A stretch of 64,000 nucleotides of DNA from an uncultured virus (IMG/VR IMGVR_UViG_3300027963_003549) (Duplodnaviria > Heunggongvirae > Uroviricota > Caudoviricetes). The position numbers were made by a program, and so were the translations under genes. Position 1 is the first letter of the stretch. Each line of letters starts with the position of its first letter. Of this stretch, positions 27,413 to 36,953 are shown piece after piece. Below the pieces are notes generated by a model, which saw only the letters and a program-made list of their open reading frames with translations, ran no database searches and was not told where the DNA came from. The stretch is taken from IMG/VR virus record IMGVR_UViG_3300027963_003549; one strand, given 5' to 3'.

Positions 27413-30195
27413 ATGAACTGTTCCCAACCCTCTGTTGCGTTTCCATACATATAGTATGGATCTAATCCTCTTTTTTCCCAATACTTAAACTCATCTTCAG
27501 ATATGGTCAATACTTCTTGTAGGGAGTCTTGATCACCATCTTCTAATGGAAGACCATTAACCAATTCACATTGTGTTGCGGTAAACAATCCTCTATTTTC
27601 AGGTTCGGAAACCAAAAGACTATTTCTAACTTCTTCACCAAACACAACCATAAGTGGTTCTAAACGTTTGTTAAACGTAACAATTGCTCTTGGTACATTA
27701 TAATCACCTAATAAATCAGGGTTATTCTCAATGTCCGCAGGATTTAATCGGTAACAATTTATCTTAACAGTAGGATCATAATATTGGTTAGGACTATTAA
27801 CTTTACCATAAGCCAACATCTGTTCTTCCATTTCCTTTTTGGCCTTTACACTTGTAACTTTTTGAACGTCTCCGTGAGACGCTTTAGTTCCATTATTTAC
27901 ATAATAAATAACATCACCAAGGTTCACAGATATTCCGTCTTTCATCACTAACTCCATATGTGCCATTCTACTCATAGAATTACCTGCCTTAGTTGTGGAC
28001 GAACATCGGATTTTATAATCCTCCATACTCAACTTAACTTTGGCTCTCTGAGCAATCTTAACAAGGGGAATTTGTTTGTTATAAATCTTATCAAGGTATT
28101 CATAATAATACTCAACAAATTCCTTACCCTCACCTTTCAATAACATCTTAATCCCCTTATCCAAGAATTCCTCAATATATACCGGTAACTTCTTAGATTT
28201 AATCGTGTTCCCGACAAGTTTAATTTTACCTTTATCAGTGATAAGAGCGTAGTTCTTTCTAGCAATGTTAATACAGGACGGCCAAACACCATCAGTATCT
28301 AACGCCATTTCACCTCTCATAAATAAATCATTATATTCGGCAACATCTGCTTCGGCACCAGTATATTCCTTACCCTCCTTAACTTTCCAATTGTTTCCTT
28401 TCCCAATATACTTACGATCATCAATATCATCAGGGGATGAAAAGTTTACACCATCGGTATCCATCACAAGTGGTTGATACCCTTTCTTCATAAAGAATTT
28501 AATCATCTGTCTTAAATATTGACGACCAGTACAGGTAATCTGTTCTCCCATATACATATCCCCCCAATGATATACTTGTGGGGCAGATAACGCACCAAAC
28601 ATAGAGTTGATGAAAATCTTAATTGGTAATTGTTTTCGGTCATATGATACTGATTTTTTAGGATCAATAGTATGAAACTCCTCGGCGAGTTGTTTATATT
28701 TGATACGAGTATCACGGAAATACTTTAACATCCCCTTCATCGCACCTGTAATGTCACATTTTGGGAACACATCATGTACCAATTGGATTGATGGATAAAG
28801 TGATGAAAAGTCGAGTTTCAATACGTTCTTAGAATACCCCACAGTAATCAATCTTGATAGACCACCAACAAAGTCTGTTTTACCTTGTTTTTCAGGAATT
28901 GCCAATTTGTATTTATAGGACCAAGCCAACATAATCATTTTCCATAACGTTGCCGTACCCATTGTTGAAACTCTCTCATATGTTGTTGGTACCTGTGATG
29001 CCAACAAGAACGAACCTTGTGAAAATTCTTCATCCACTTTGAGAGTTTCCTCCAAGTCATCGTCAAGATACATCTCAACCAATTCCCTACCACTAATCTT
29101 CTTATAAACACCAGGAAAACGAACATCCAAATCATTAAATTCAGGTTTATCTGCCTTTTTGTATTTGCCGTTGGTAACGTTCAACCAAAAATCATCATTG
29201 TTTCTGTAATAAGGTCCGATATCCAAGTGGTCAATATACACACGATCAGGTGCCTCGGCTTCAATATATTGGGTAATATATTTAAGACCCGCACTTTTAA
29301 TACTTGAGTTGATAGCCTGTGCTCGACGAACGGAATGGATAATATCAATTACGTTATAACCCCACATACCAACTTGGTTATATTTCTCAACCTCATTGGC
29401 TAATTTCAACAAAGACTCATTTTGTTTAATCTTAACTTCAGGATTTAATGTTTGAGCAATCTTCTTAATATCCAAACCAAGAATTCTTGTTCTTTCAAAT
29501 ATCCAATACCAGTCAAAGTTTGCTGAGTTATAACCACCGATAATACTTGGTCTTAATTCATTTATAACTCGGAAAAATTCAATCAATCCTGCACGTTCCT
29601 CATCGTCGTTAGTACATTCAATAACCCGACGATATCCTTTATTGGTTTTCATACCAATCATGAAGATACGACCATCCTTTGGTTCCAACGAGGTCGTCTC
29701 CAAGTCAAATACTAATCTAGTAATCTCATCATACTCCTCAAATCCTTTGAATAATCGTTTTTCCTTTGATATTAAGAATTGTTCTACAGGTGGTAAGACC
29801 ATAATAAGATCCTTAGTGTTTTCACCCCACGGATCAACACCACCCTCTCTAAAAAATTGTATTAGATTTCTATATCCCATTAAGGATCTTACCATAAACG
29901 TAAGACCTTTTTCTAATCTTTCATCATCATCCGTACGGAGTTTTTCAATGACAATTTTGTGTTTTGTCATCGCTTCCTTCTGTGCCGCTTTGGAAGATTT
30001 ATAGAAGTTTAACCCCCTTAAATCACCAACCCAAGCAAATGGAATAAATGTGTCTTTTTTGATTTGTTTTCCGTGGATTGGGTGTTCAATAATTTTCCAA
30101 ATACAATCTTTGGTATAATCATATTCAACACCGACAATGTATTGCTCAGGATCATTTCCTTGCAAAAACCTTTCAATTTCGTTTTGATCAATCAT
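27409..30195 (-). CDS. Family B DNA polymerase
   Basis: Exo I FDLETT, Exo II GYNSANFDW, polymerase motifs LDFSSLYPS, KIFINSMFG and DTDG. Start set at ATG 30195 (MIDQNE). Confidence 0.95.
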   Translation of the reverse strand: MIDQNEIERFLQGNDPEQYIVGVEYDYTKDCIWKIIEHPIHGKQIKKDTFIPFAWVGDLRGLNFYKSSKAAQKEAMTKHKIVIEKLRTDDDERLEKGLTFMVRSLMGYRNLIQFFREGGVDPWGENTKDLIMVLPPVEQFLISKEKRLFKGFEEYDEITRLVFDLETTSLEPKDGRIFMIGMKTNKGYRRVIECTNDDEERAGLIEFFRVINELRPSIIGGYNSANFDWYWIFERTRILGLDIKKIAQTLNPEVKIKQNESLLKLANEVEKYNQVGMWGYNVIDIIHSVRRAQAINSSIKSAGLKYITQYIEAEAPDRVYIDHLDIGPYYRNNDDFWLNVTNGKYKKADKPEFNDLDVRFPGVYKKISGRELVEMYLDDDLEETLKVDEEFSQGSFLLASQVPTTYERVSTMGTATLWKMIMLAWSYKYKLAIPEKQGKTDFVGGLSRLITVGYSKNVLKLDFSSLYPSIQLVHDVFPKCDITGAMKGMLKYFRDTRIKYKQLAEEFHTIDPKKSVSYDRKQLPIKIFINSMFGALSAPQVYHWGDMYMGEQITCTGRQYLRQMIKFFMKKGYQPLVMDTDGVNFSSPDDIDDRKYIGKGNNWKVKEGKEYTGAEADVAEYNDLFMRGEMALDTDGVWPSCINIARKNYALITDKGKIKLVGNTIKSKKLPVYIEEFLDKGIKMLLKGEGKEFVEYYYEYLDKIYNKQIPLVKIAQRAKVKLSMEDYKIRCSSTTKAGNSMSRMAHMELVMKDGISVNLGDVIYYVNNGTKASHGDVQKVTSVKAKKEMEEQMLAYGKVNSPNQYYDPTVKINCYRLNPADIENNPDLLGDYNVPRAIVTFNKRLEPLMVVFGEEVRNSLLVSEPENRGLFTATQCELVNGLPLEDGDQDSLQEVLTISEDEFKYWEKRGLDPYYMYGNATEGWEQFI

Positions 30196-30210
30196 AAAAT
30201 ATTTTTTTTC

Positions 30211-30258
30211 GTGTGGTACATTCGCTGCCCGACAAACGGACATTAACCTTAACACCAC
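30211..30258 (-). promoter_or_regulatory. Structured GC-rich 5' leader of the DNA polymerase gene
   Basis: Minus strand GTGGTG-TTAAGGTTAA-TGTCCG-TTTGT-CGGGCA-GCGAATG-TACCAC forms nested stems. Confidence 0.5.
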
Positions 30259-30288
30259 AAAGATATCTTAAAAAAACAACAAAATCAA
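30258..30288 (-). promoter_or_regulatory. Bacteroidota-type housekeeping promoter (-33 TTG / -7 TAnnTTTG)
   Basis: TATCTTTG at 30265-30258, with TTG 20 nt upstream, ahead of the polymerase gene. Confidence 0.55.
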
Positions 30289-30300
30289 CAACAGGTCATA

Positions 30301-30882
30301 TCAAGTTTGTGTATTGGTTGGTGTAATACTTGGTGTTGGTGTAATAGTTGGTGTAATACTTGGTGTTGGTGTAATAGTCGGTGTAATACTTGGTGTTGGT
30401 GTAATAGTTGGTGTAATACTTGGTGTGGGGGTTTGAGTTCTTGTTGGTGTTAGTGATGGAAAATCAACATTTGATGAACAACAAGAAATATTTAATTTAT
30501 ATTTAGTATTATTTGTTTGATTTTCACCACCAAAACCATCTAAAACCATACAATAAATTTTTTCTTTGATTGGGAATATTTCAGTACCTCGTTCATCAAT
30601 ATGAGAGATCTGAACTTCAAATGTTTTACTTTCTTTAGTTTCACTCAAACTAAATTGATAATTTATAAAGTAACTTAATAACCCTTCTTCATTTACTTCA
30701 CTAGTTATCGTACATTCTTTTTTTATTGTTTTGTATATTTTCTTTTCAATGTCCCACAAAGACAAATAAAATGTGTCAGAATTACTCAAAGCAGTATTCA
30801 ACAGATAATCACTACGACCATCATTGATCAATTCAAATTTTAACTTTGGTAATGTTGAGTTTTTCTTTATAAAAAAATTCAT
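30301..30882 (-). CDS. BppU/Ig-like virion-type domain with a C-terminal Thr/Pro mucin-like tail
   Basis: N-terminus is paralogous to 30892..31251 (FFIKKNSTLPKLKFELINDGRS). C-terminus is (TPTPSITPTI)n. Confidence 0.65.
   Translation of the reverse strand: MNFFIKKNSTLPKLKFELINDGRSDYLLNTALSNSDTFYLSLWDIEKKIYKTIKKECTITSEVNEEGLLSYFINYQFSLSETKESKTFEVQISHIDERGTEIFPIKEKIYCMVLDGFGGENQTNNTKYKLNISCCSSNVDFPSLTPTRTQTPTPSITPTITPTPSITPTITPTPSITPTITPTPSITPTNTQT
30317..30426. repeat. 30-bp tandem repeat, about 3.7 copies, encoding TPSITPTITP
   Basis: Unit gtgtaatacttggtgttggtgtaatagttg at 30321, 30351 (one mismatch), 30381, and partial at 30411. Confidence 0.95.
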
Positions 30883-30891
30883 TAGATATAA

Positions 30892-31251
30892 TTATGAAAA
30901 ATCGGTTATGTTTATGAATAATCTATCCCTAATTGGTGTGATTAATGTTCCTGTTTCAGTTTGAATAATAAATTCCCCCTCATATCTACCAGATCTATTA
31001 GTATCCGAAGGTCTAAACCTATAATAAACATAATATTCAGGATTAGCGTTTGGATCCATATTTGTTTTTTCAACAATTCTTGCGGGAACCGAACTTATTT
31101 TTGTAACACCATTTTCTGTATTTACCATAGAAAAAAATATAGAAGCGGTTTCGAGTGTTGTCATAAACTCTTCAAAACTTGTTCTACCATCATTAACGAC
31201 TTGCATTTTCAAAAGTGGTAATGTTGCACCTTTTCTTATAAAAAATTCCAT
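30892..31251 (-). CDS. Small BppU/Ig-like virion-type protein
   Basis: FFIRKGATLPLLK..VYYRF..DT..SGRYEGEF.I pattern. TATTTAT upstream. Confidence 0.6.
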   Translation of the reverse strand: MEFFIRKGATLPLLKMQVVNDGRTSFEEFMTTLETASIFFSMVNTENGVTKISSVPARIVEKTNMDPNANPEYYVYYRFRPSDTNRSGRYEGEFIIQTETGTLITPIRDRLFINITDFS

Positions 31252-31267
31252 AATGATAAATATACCA

Positions 31268-32932
31268 TTATGATTCTTTTCTTAGGTCGCTTGAATAATG
31301 ATCAAACCTATCGTGTTCAGTCGGTGTTATCAATAATAGTGAACCATTTAAATTACCTTTTTTATGTTCTTGGTACATAAAACTCATCCAAGTTTGTTCG
31401 TATGGGTGTGACCATTTAGTATTTAAAAACATTTTTCGATTACCTTCTCGACTTACAACCTGTGGCCAATTTGAGTAATATATTTCACCATCAACATATG
31501 GAACACCTTGATATGACCTAATATTATTAAACTTTGTTTTTGGTGCTTTGGGATCAGTTCCTATTTCAGGTAATTTTGGATATGTAGGCCAAAACTCTTC
31601 TCTAACATTTTGTGGAACATTATACCAAGACCATTGTGTTCCATTATCACCAAAAAACTCGGTAAAATTTAATTTAAGGAAATCAAAATTTTGATTATTA
31701 ATTATACCCATAGATTTATTGTATAAGTTTTCAACATATCGATTAAAACCATTTTTACAAACTTCTCCTTTTTTTGGATAAAAGAACATGTCATCTTCAA
31801 AAAACCAATAGTAATCTAATTCAGTTTCTTCAAAATGTTCAGCAATCCATTGTCTCCCACCACAAATGCCTAAATTATTTTTCTTTATATGTTCAAAACC
31901 ATAAATTTCACATAGTTTTTTGTATTCATCTGTAGTTGATAAATCTGTTGAATTGTCTAATAGGTATTTTTTAGTTGCATCTATAAAGTTTCTATCATAC
32001 TCTAGCATTGAAAATATTAAAGTTTCAAATTGTTTAGGACTATTAAATCCTATCACATATAATCCGGTTTTATCAGTGTCGTGGTTGTATTTTTTTTTGA
32101 AGTTCCTTTTTTCGTGTGTTTTATTTTTAATATCTTCACAAAATTTGGAAATTAGTCCATTTCCCTCAATAGGATAAAAATCATAGTTTTCAGGATATTT
32201 GTACATCATAATACTAAATAATGACTCTTCAGTTCCCATGTAACCATCCCTTAATGTTGACATTAACAATTCGTAATATTTCCCATTAGTTTCTGATATA
32301 GTGTCTTTAGGTCCACCAAACAATCCACCTCTAGCAACAAATTTAACATCTTGTCTGGCAAGTTCATTTATTTTGTTATACTCAAATCCATGTATTTCAT
32401 TATTAGCGTCATAAGGAAATGCGACGAAAGTAAATTTTTTAACACTCTCATATAAGGTATTTTGTATTTTATCGTGTGTAAAATATCCCCAATGAATAGT
32501 ATTTGTTATACCAGCATCAATCCAAAACAATTGATCTGAATTAAACTTATCCATTATTGTGGCATCGTTTAACAAAAACATTTTGGACATAACCAAAGGA
32601 TTATAATATTCTAACGATGCCTGAGTAGAGTCTTTTAACCATCCTGAAAGATTATACCAATCGGGATTATTTCTGATTTTTTGAATTAGGTCAAAGTAAT
32701 CATTATTTTTAAACCATTCTAAATCTCGTCTGATAAATTGGGTGTTTGTTTGATTCCGTACTTTAAACACTACCTTTTCTAATTCCTCATCACCAAATAT
32801 AATCATATTATTTTCAACCCTTAAAAGGTCTTGAAATTTATTAAGGTAATGATCCTCATACGATCTTGACCATCCATCTGATAATTCTGATCGTTTAATA
32901 TCCCATAATCCTGTTACAAAAGTTAAACTCAT
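31268..32932 (-). CDS. HtrL/YibB-like domain fused to a GT-A glycosyltransferase domain
   Basis: TFVTGLWDI..SKMFLL..FWIDAG..GGLFGG; second domain NLGICGGR..FFEDD. Confidence 0.7.
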   Translation of the reverse strand: MSLTFVTGLWDIKRSELSDGWSRSYEDHYLNKFQDLLRVENNMIIFGDEELEKVVFKVRNQTNTQFIRRDLEWFKNNDYFDLIQKIRNNPDWYNLSGWLKDSTQASLEYYNPLVMSKMFLLNDATIMDKFNSDQLFWIDAGITNTIHWGYFTHDKIQNTLYESVKKFTFVAFPYDANNEIHGFEYNKINELARQDVKFVARGGLFGGPKDTISETNGKYYELLMSTLRDGYMGTEESLFSIMMYKYPENYDFYPIEGNGLISKFCEDIKNKTHEKRNFKKKYNHDTDKTGLYVIGFNSPKQFETLIFSMLEYDRNFIDATKKYLLDNSTDLSTTDEYKKLCEIYGFEHIKKNNLGICGGRQWIAEHFEETELDYYWFFEDDMFFYPKKGEVCKNGFNRYVENLYNKSMGIINNQNFDFLKLNFTEFFGDNGTQWSWYNVPQNVREEFWPTYPKLPEIGTDPKAPKTKFNNIRSYQGVPYVDGEIYYSNWPQVVSREGNRKMFLNTKWSHPYEQTWMSFMYQEHKKGNLNGSLLLITPTEHDRFDHYSSDLRKES

Positions 32933-33816
32933 AAACTAAGTTCTTCTAAAATTTTATAAAATGATTTATTTTTATTAGTATGTTCAATAATATCTAGTCC
33001 TGGTACACGTTCGTTTTCGTGCCACCATGTATCAAAATATTTAACATTAAAATTATCCTCATAATTCCTCCAAATTAATGTCATTATATCCTCTTCATGA
33101 TATAATCTACCATCATGTTCAGTAACTTTAATAACGTTTTCATCAAAATGATTAACAAGTATTTTCACATTTTCAAATAATCCACCAAACAATCCACCGA
33201 TTATATGATAAGATCTATTATAGTTCTTAAAATGAATAGAATTAACCGTTCCTGACCAATAATTTCTTTCATTCTCCTTCGCTATTATAAAAATTTTGTC
33301 ATTTGTGAAATTAATCAAATTTTTCAATAGATTATTATTGAATATAGTACTTTCAAAGTATGTTCTGAAAATATCTTGAAATCCTTCGGAAACCAAATAT
33401 TTATTAGGAATAAGTCCACAATGTGATAAACCAGCATCTATCCAAAAAATATAATCATACCCATCGTTCAGATTCATTTTCAACCACTCAAACTTTGAAT
33501 ATTGGATATCAATACATCTATCAGATGTTTTTACTTGTTCATAATTTTTATATTTTTTTATGATCTCTGTTTTTTCAGTTTTATCTAAATCAAAAACCTC
33601 AATTTTTAATTTAATTGGGTCAATATGGTGTTCATTATAAAAAAAATTTCTAAGTTCGTCAACCTCTCTATTTGAGGTATAACACACAAAATCAGCATCA
33701 GACATCTTTAATAGGGATAACAAACTAAAACGATAATGTCCCTTACGATTTGGTCTACCTCCAAATTCGGTACCATAAAGGTCAGTGTAAATCGCTGTAA
33801 TAAATTTTACTTTCAT
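32929..33816 (-). CDS. HtrL/YibB-like putative glycosyltransferase
   Basis: IQYSKF..IFWIDAGLSH..IGGLFGG..EEDIMT. Paralogous to the adjacent gene's N-terminal half. Confidence 0.65.
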   Translation of the reverse strand: MKVKFITAIYTDLYGTEFGGRPNRKGHYRFSLLSLLKMSDADFVCYTSNREVDELRNFFYNEHHIDPIKLKIEVFDLDKTEKTEIIKKYKNYEQVKTSDRCIDIQYSKFEWLKMNLNDGYDYIFWIDAGLSHCGLIPNKYLVSEGFQDIFRTYFESTIFNNNLLKNLINFTNDKIFIIAKENERNYWSGTVNSIHFKNYNRSYHIIGGLFGGLFENVKILVNHFDENVIKVTEHDGRLYHEEDIMTLIWRNYEDNFNVKYFDTWWHENERVPGLDIIEHTNKNKSFYKILEELSL

Positions 33817-34532
33817 ATTCTAACACTTTTAGCATAACCAATGTCAAATAATTTTTGGTCTATTTTATTTTCAGTATAAAGATTCCAATTATACGTTATA
33901 ATATAATGAGGGTTGTAATTACTTTGGTTTATATCTGAAAAATCATTTATCTGTGTTACAATAGGTAGTGATGATGAAAACGACTTCAAATTTGGGTAAA
34001 CAGATTTTACCAAGTAATAATCAATAGGTAATTGTTGATGATTATTTATAGTGTATTTGTCAGTATCCCAATTCAAAATATACTCACAAACCGCCCGATT
34101 CATTATAAAACCCGAAGTACCAAAAACCTCTCTATGTCTATTTTCATCTTTAGATGGTAAATTTGATATATCTATTAAATAATCTGTTAAATTATTAACA
34201 GGTCTATGTAATGATGGTGATAAATGAAAAAAATCAAATTCAATATTATTAAGTTCGTCTTCACATCTTTGTAATTGTTCTTTAGAGTATGGCATAAAAA
34301 AAATATCATCCTCTAACACCATAAAATACTCGTCATTTGATTCCAAACAAATTTTAGCAACTTCTTGATGTGATTTAGCACATCCAATGTAACTATTTGT
34401 ATCAATAGCACTAAATCGTTCGAACTCCCAACCCATCCATTCCATTTCTTTTTTGAAATGTTCTAATCTATCAGGTCTTCGATCTAGGTTTATAACAAAC
34501 TTTTTAATTTTATTTATATCAATTTTTTTCAT
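33813..34532 (-). CDS. Glycosyltransferase family 25
   Basis: FVINLDRRPDR..ERFSAID..GCAKSH..VLEDD. Confidence 0.85.
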   Translation of the reverse strand: MKKIDINKIKKFVINLDRRPDRLEHFKKEMEWMGWEFERFSAIDTNSYIGCAKSHQEVAKICLESNDEYFMVLEDDIFFMPYSKEQLQRCEDELNNIEFDFFHLSPSLHRPVNNLTDYLIDISNLPSKDENRHREVFGTSGFIMNRAVCEYILNWDTDKYTINNHQQLPIDYYLVKSVYPNLKSFSSSLPIVTQINDFSDINQSNYNPHYIITYNWNLYTENKIDQKLFDIGYAKSVRI

Positions 34533-35791
34533 AAATTCCCTGTTATCCTTTCACACCAACCTTTTGATGTACTATATGGCCAAACTACCCAATATTTTGG
34601 TTTATAGGACGTTTCAAAAGACCTCCAAATTTTACAATATCCATCAGGATCTCTGAAAAAACCATCGATTTCATTTTTATCAGCATCCTTTCTGTAAATG
34701 GTATTATCATTTTCATCGTGAAAAGCCACCGCCCAAAACTCATAATCTTTTTCAGGAACACTACTATACCCAACGTCAATACAATGTCTAAAAATTTGTG
34801 CAAAACTATTTTTCCAATCCTCTTCATTCTGAAAATTATATGGATTAGGTGGATATTGTTTATCAAGTGTATATTGTTGGACCGCTCTTTTTTCAAATAA
34901 AAGACCCGAATATATCTCATACTCCCTGAGTGTTCTATTTTTTCCAAACCCATATTTACCAAAATCAATGTCTTGTGTTTCATTATCCATTCCAAACAAA
35001 ACTCTGTTTTTTCTGTGAGAATAACTATTTTTTGACCCCCAATCCTTATCATCATCCCATTGTTTGGTTCTCCCTTTTCTTGTATATTCGTGCCAAACAA
35101 CAACTTTATGTGGATGAAATAAATCATAACCATGCGTGTAAGCTCTTGCCGCAATAGATATTTCTTCTCCGTGAAAATAATATTCAGGATCGTGTTGTAC
35201 TTCATTAGAAAATTCACCCAAAGTAAAACAGAAATGTGCGGAATAAAATCTGGCTGTAACAGGTTTTGTTAGATTTTGCCAATTTGGTATTGTTTCAGGT
35301 AAAAAGAAAACAGCACCTTCAGGAATGAACCTATCAAAAACCATTCTCCAAGGATCTTTAACTCTGCCATTTGGATCGTTATCGGGATCAAATGATGAAA
35401 CATAACCAGTTAACAATGGTTTTGGGTATCCATCATTTTGTAACTCCTTAACCATATTAATCAAAGTAGTATCCCAACCTTTTTCAAATCTATGGTGTGA
35501 ATCTATTTGAAGTGTGTAACCTTCACCTTGATAAAGTTGTTGAATTTGGTTTCTAGCCCAACAAGCCCCTTTAGCATCGCTATACAATATATCCAATATT
35601 CTAAACCTATTATCATCTCTAAATTGTATTAAATTGTCAAAATTATCATCAGGGTGGTATTGTCTAGCAATTGCAAAAACCAAATTTTTTGGATTGTCCG
35701 AATTTTCTATTGCCGACAGAATCGTTGGTTCAAGTTGGGGATCCCTATACGACGCAATTTGTATAAAAATTCTATTATTACGTTTTTTCAT
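34529..35791 (-). CDS. GT60-like polypeptide alpha-GlcNAc transferase (Skp1 Gnt1/OGNT-like)
   Basis: IFIQIASYRDP..GACWAR..LYQGEGYTLQIDSHHRFEKGWD..FHGEEISIAARAYTHGYDLFHP..WHEY. Confidence 0.8.
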   Translation of the reverse strand: MKKRNNRIFIQIASYRDPQLEPTILSAIENSDNPKNLVFAIARQYHPDDNFDNLIQFRDDNRFRILDILYSDAKGACWARNQIQQLYQGEGYTLQIDSHHRFEKGWDTTLINMVKELQNDGYPKPLLTGYVSSFDPDNDPNGRVKDPWRMVFDRFIPEGAVFFLPETIPNWQNLTKPVTARFYSAHFCFTLGEFSNEVQHDPEYYFHGEEISIAARAYTHGYDLFHPHKVVVWHEYTRKGRTKQWDDDKDWGSKNSYSHRKNRVLFGMDNETQDIDFGKYGFGKNRTLREYEIYSGLLFEKRAVQQYTLDKQYPPNPYNFQNEEDWKNSFAQIFRHCIDVGYSSVPEKDYEFWAVAFHDENDNTIYRKDADKNEIDGFFRDPDGYCKIWRSFETSYKPKYWVVWPYSTSKGWCERITGNL

Positions 35792-35845
35792 TTTAATATT
35801 TTAATTAAAAAAATAGTAAAATAAAATGAATAATAAATTAGATTG

Positions 35846-36952
35846 TTAATAGTTTATCTCAAAAAATAAATTTTCAATTAAAACCGTACTATTTGCCGAG
35901 AAAGACCAATTTAATGATATTTCATTTGAAGTGATATCAGGTATTGTCTTAAGTCTAATTGCTGTTGTTGAATTTTGATTTACTGCGTTTCTAATCACCG
36001 GCCAAGATACGAGAGTTGTTAAATCCTTAACTTTAACTTGGCAAGGATATTGATAGGAAGTCCCCCCACTCTGAGGACCCCAACTTAAAAAACCTGTCGC
36101 GTCTAAGTTAAATGTACTTCCAGTTGATAGAGACACTTGTATTGTTGTGGCAGTTGAGGCCGAAAATAATGTATATGTTTCAATCGTTGATCCTAATTGT
36201 AAATTTCCAATTGGCATTGTAATAGGGATTACGGTGTTGGTATTAGCACTTACCGTGATAGTTCCCCTGTTAGTATAATAAGGTCTCACATTGGTACTTA
36301 TTGATGTTGCAGTAATGGTTTGGGCTGATATACCATTAGTAACATTCAAAGATGTTAGCGTTGTATTCCCAGTAACTGATAAACCGGAATATGAAAAATT
36401 ACCATTAACAACTAAATCACCTGATATCGTTGCATTTGAATTTACTGAGACGGGATTTGAAAAAGTTGTTGTTCCCGTAACATTTAATCCATTTTGTAAA
36501 TTTGTCGATCCTGTGACATTAAGATTATTGTTTATTGTTGTTAATCCCGAAACATTAAGAGTATTTTGTAAGTTTGTATTACCTGTTACTACCAAAGTAT
36601 TTAAGGTACTATTACCAGTTACTACTAAATTATTGTTAATTCTTGTTAAACCGGATATACTTAATGAATTTTGTAAATTAGTATTACCATTAATTGTTAC
36701 ATTATTATTAAATAAACTAGTTCCAGTTATAATTAAATTAGAATTAATATTAATTGAATTTCCAGTTGAAAACAAATTTCCAGTATATACATCCCATCCT
36801 ATGGATACTATTTCTTGTGAAGCACCAGATAATGTTATTTTTTTTGTAACAGGGTTATTAGGATTTGTTGATACATCAACAATAGGAAACACATCATTAC
36901 CTTCAGGTCTATTCCCTTGTAATGGAAGTTGTGAAATTTTAATATTTGCCAT
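35846..36952 (-). CDS. Fibre-like virion protein with beta-helical repeats
   Basis: MANIKISQLP..FPIVD..TKKITLS N-terminus; repeated VTGNTNLQNTLNVSGLTTINNNL units. Confidence 0.6.
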   Translation of the reverse strand: MANIKISQLPLQGNRPEGNDVFPIVDVSTNPNNPVTKKITLSGASQEIVSIGWDVYTGNLFSTGNSININSNLIITGTSLFNNNVTINGNTNLQNSLSISGLTRINNNLVVTGNSTLNTLVVTGNTNLQNTLNVSGLTTINNNLNVTGSTNLQNGLNVTGTTTFSNPVSVNSNATISGDLVVNGNFSYSGLSVTGNTTLTSLNVTNGISAQTITATSISTNVRPYYTNRGTITVSANTNTVIPITMPIGNLQLGSTIETYTLFSASTATTIQVSLSTGSTFNLDATGFLSWGPQSGGTSYQYPCQVKVKDLTTLVSWPVIRNAVNQNSTTAIRLKTIPDITSNEISLNWSFSANSTVLIENLFFEINY

Positions 36953-36953
36953 T

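Noticed and set aside
30196..30258. N-terminal extension of the polymerase from GTG 30258
   Set aside because: The start overlaps the promoter element and the region looks like a structured leader. ATG 30195 after an A/T-rich tract fits better.
30317..30426. 30-bp repeats as a CRISPR array
   Set aside because: The units are contiguous with no unique spacers, and they are in frame within a coding sequence.
34585..35217. 210-aa alternative-frame ORF inside the GT60-like gene
   Set aside because: Ile/Met/Leu-rich frame-shadow composition with no recognisable motif, unlike the intein-nested ORF.
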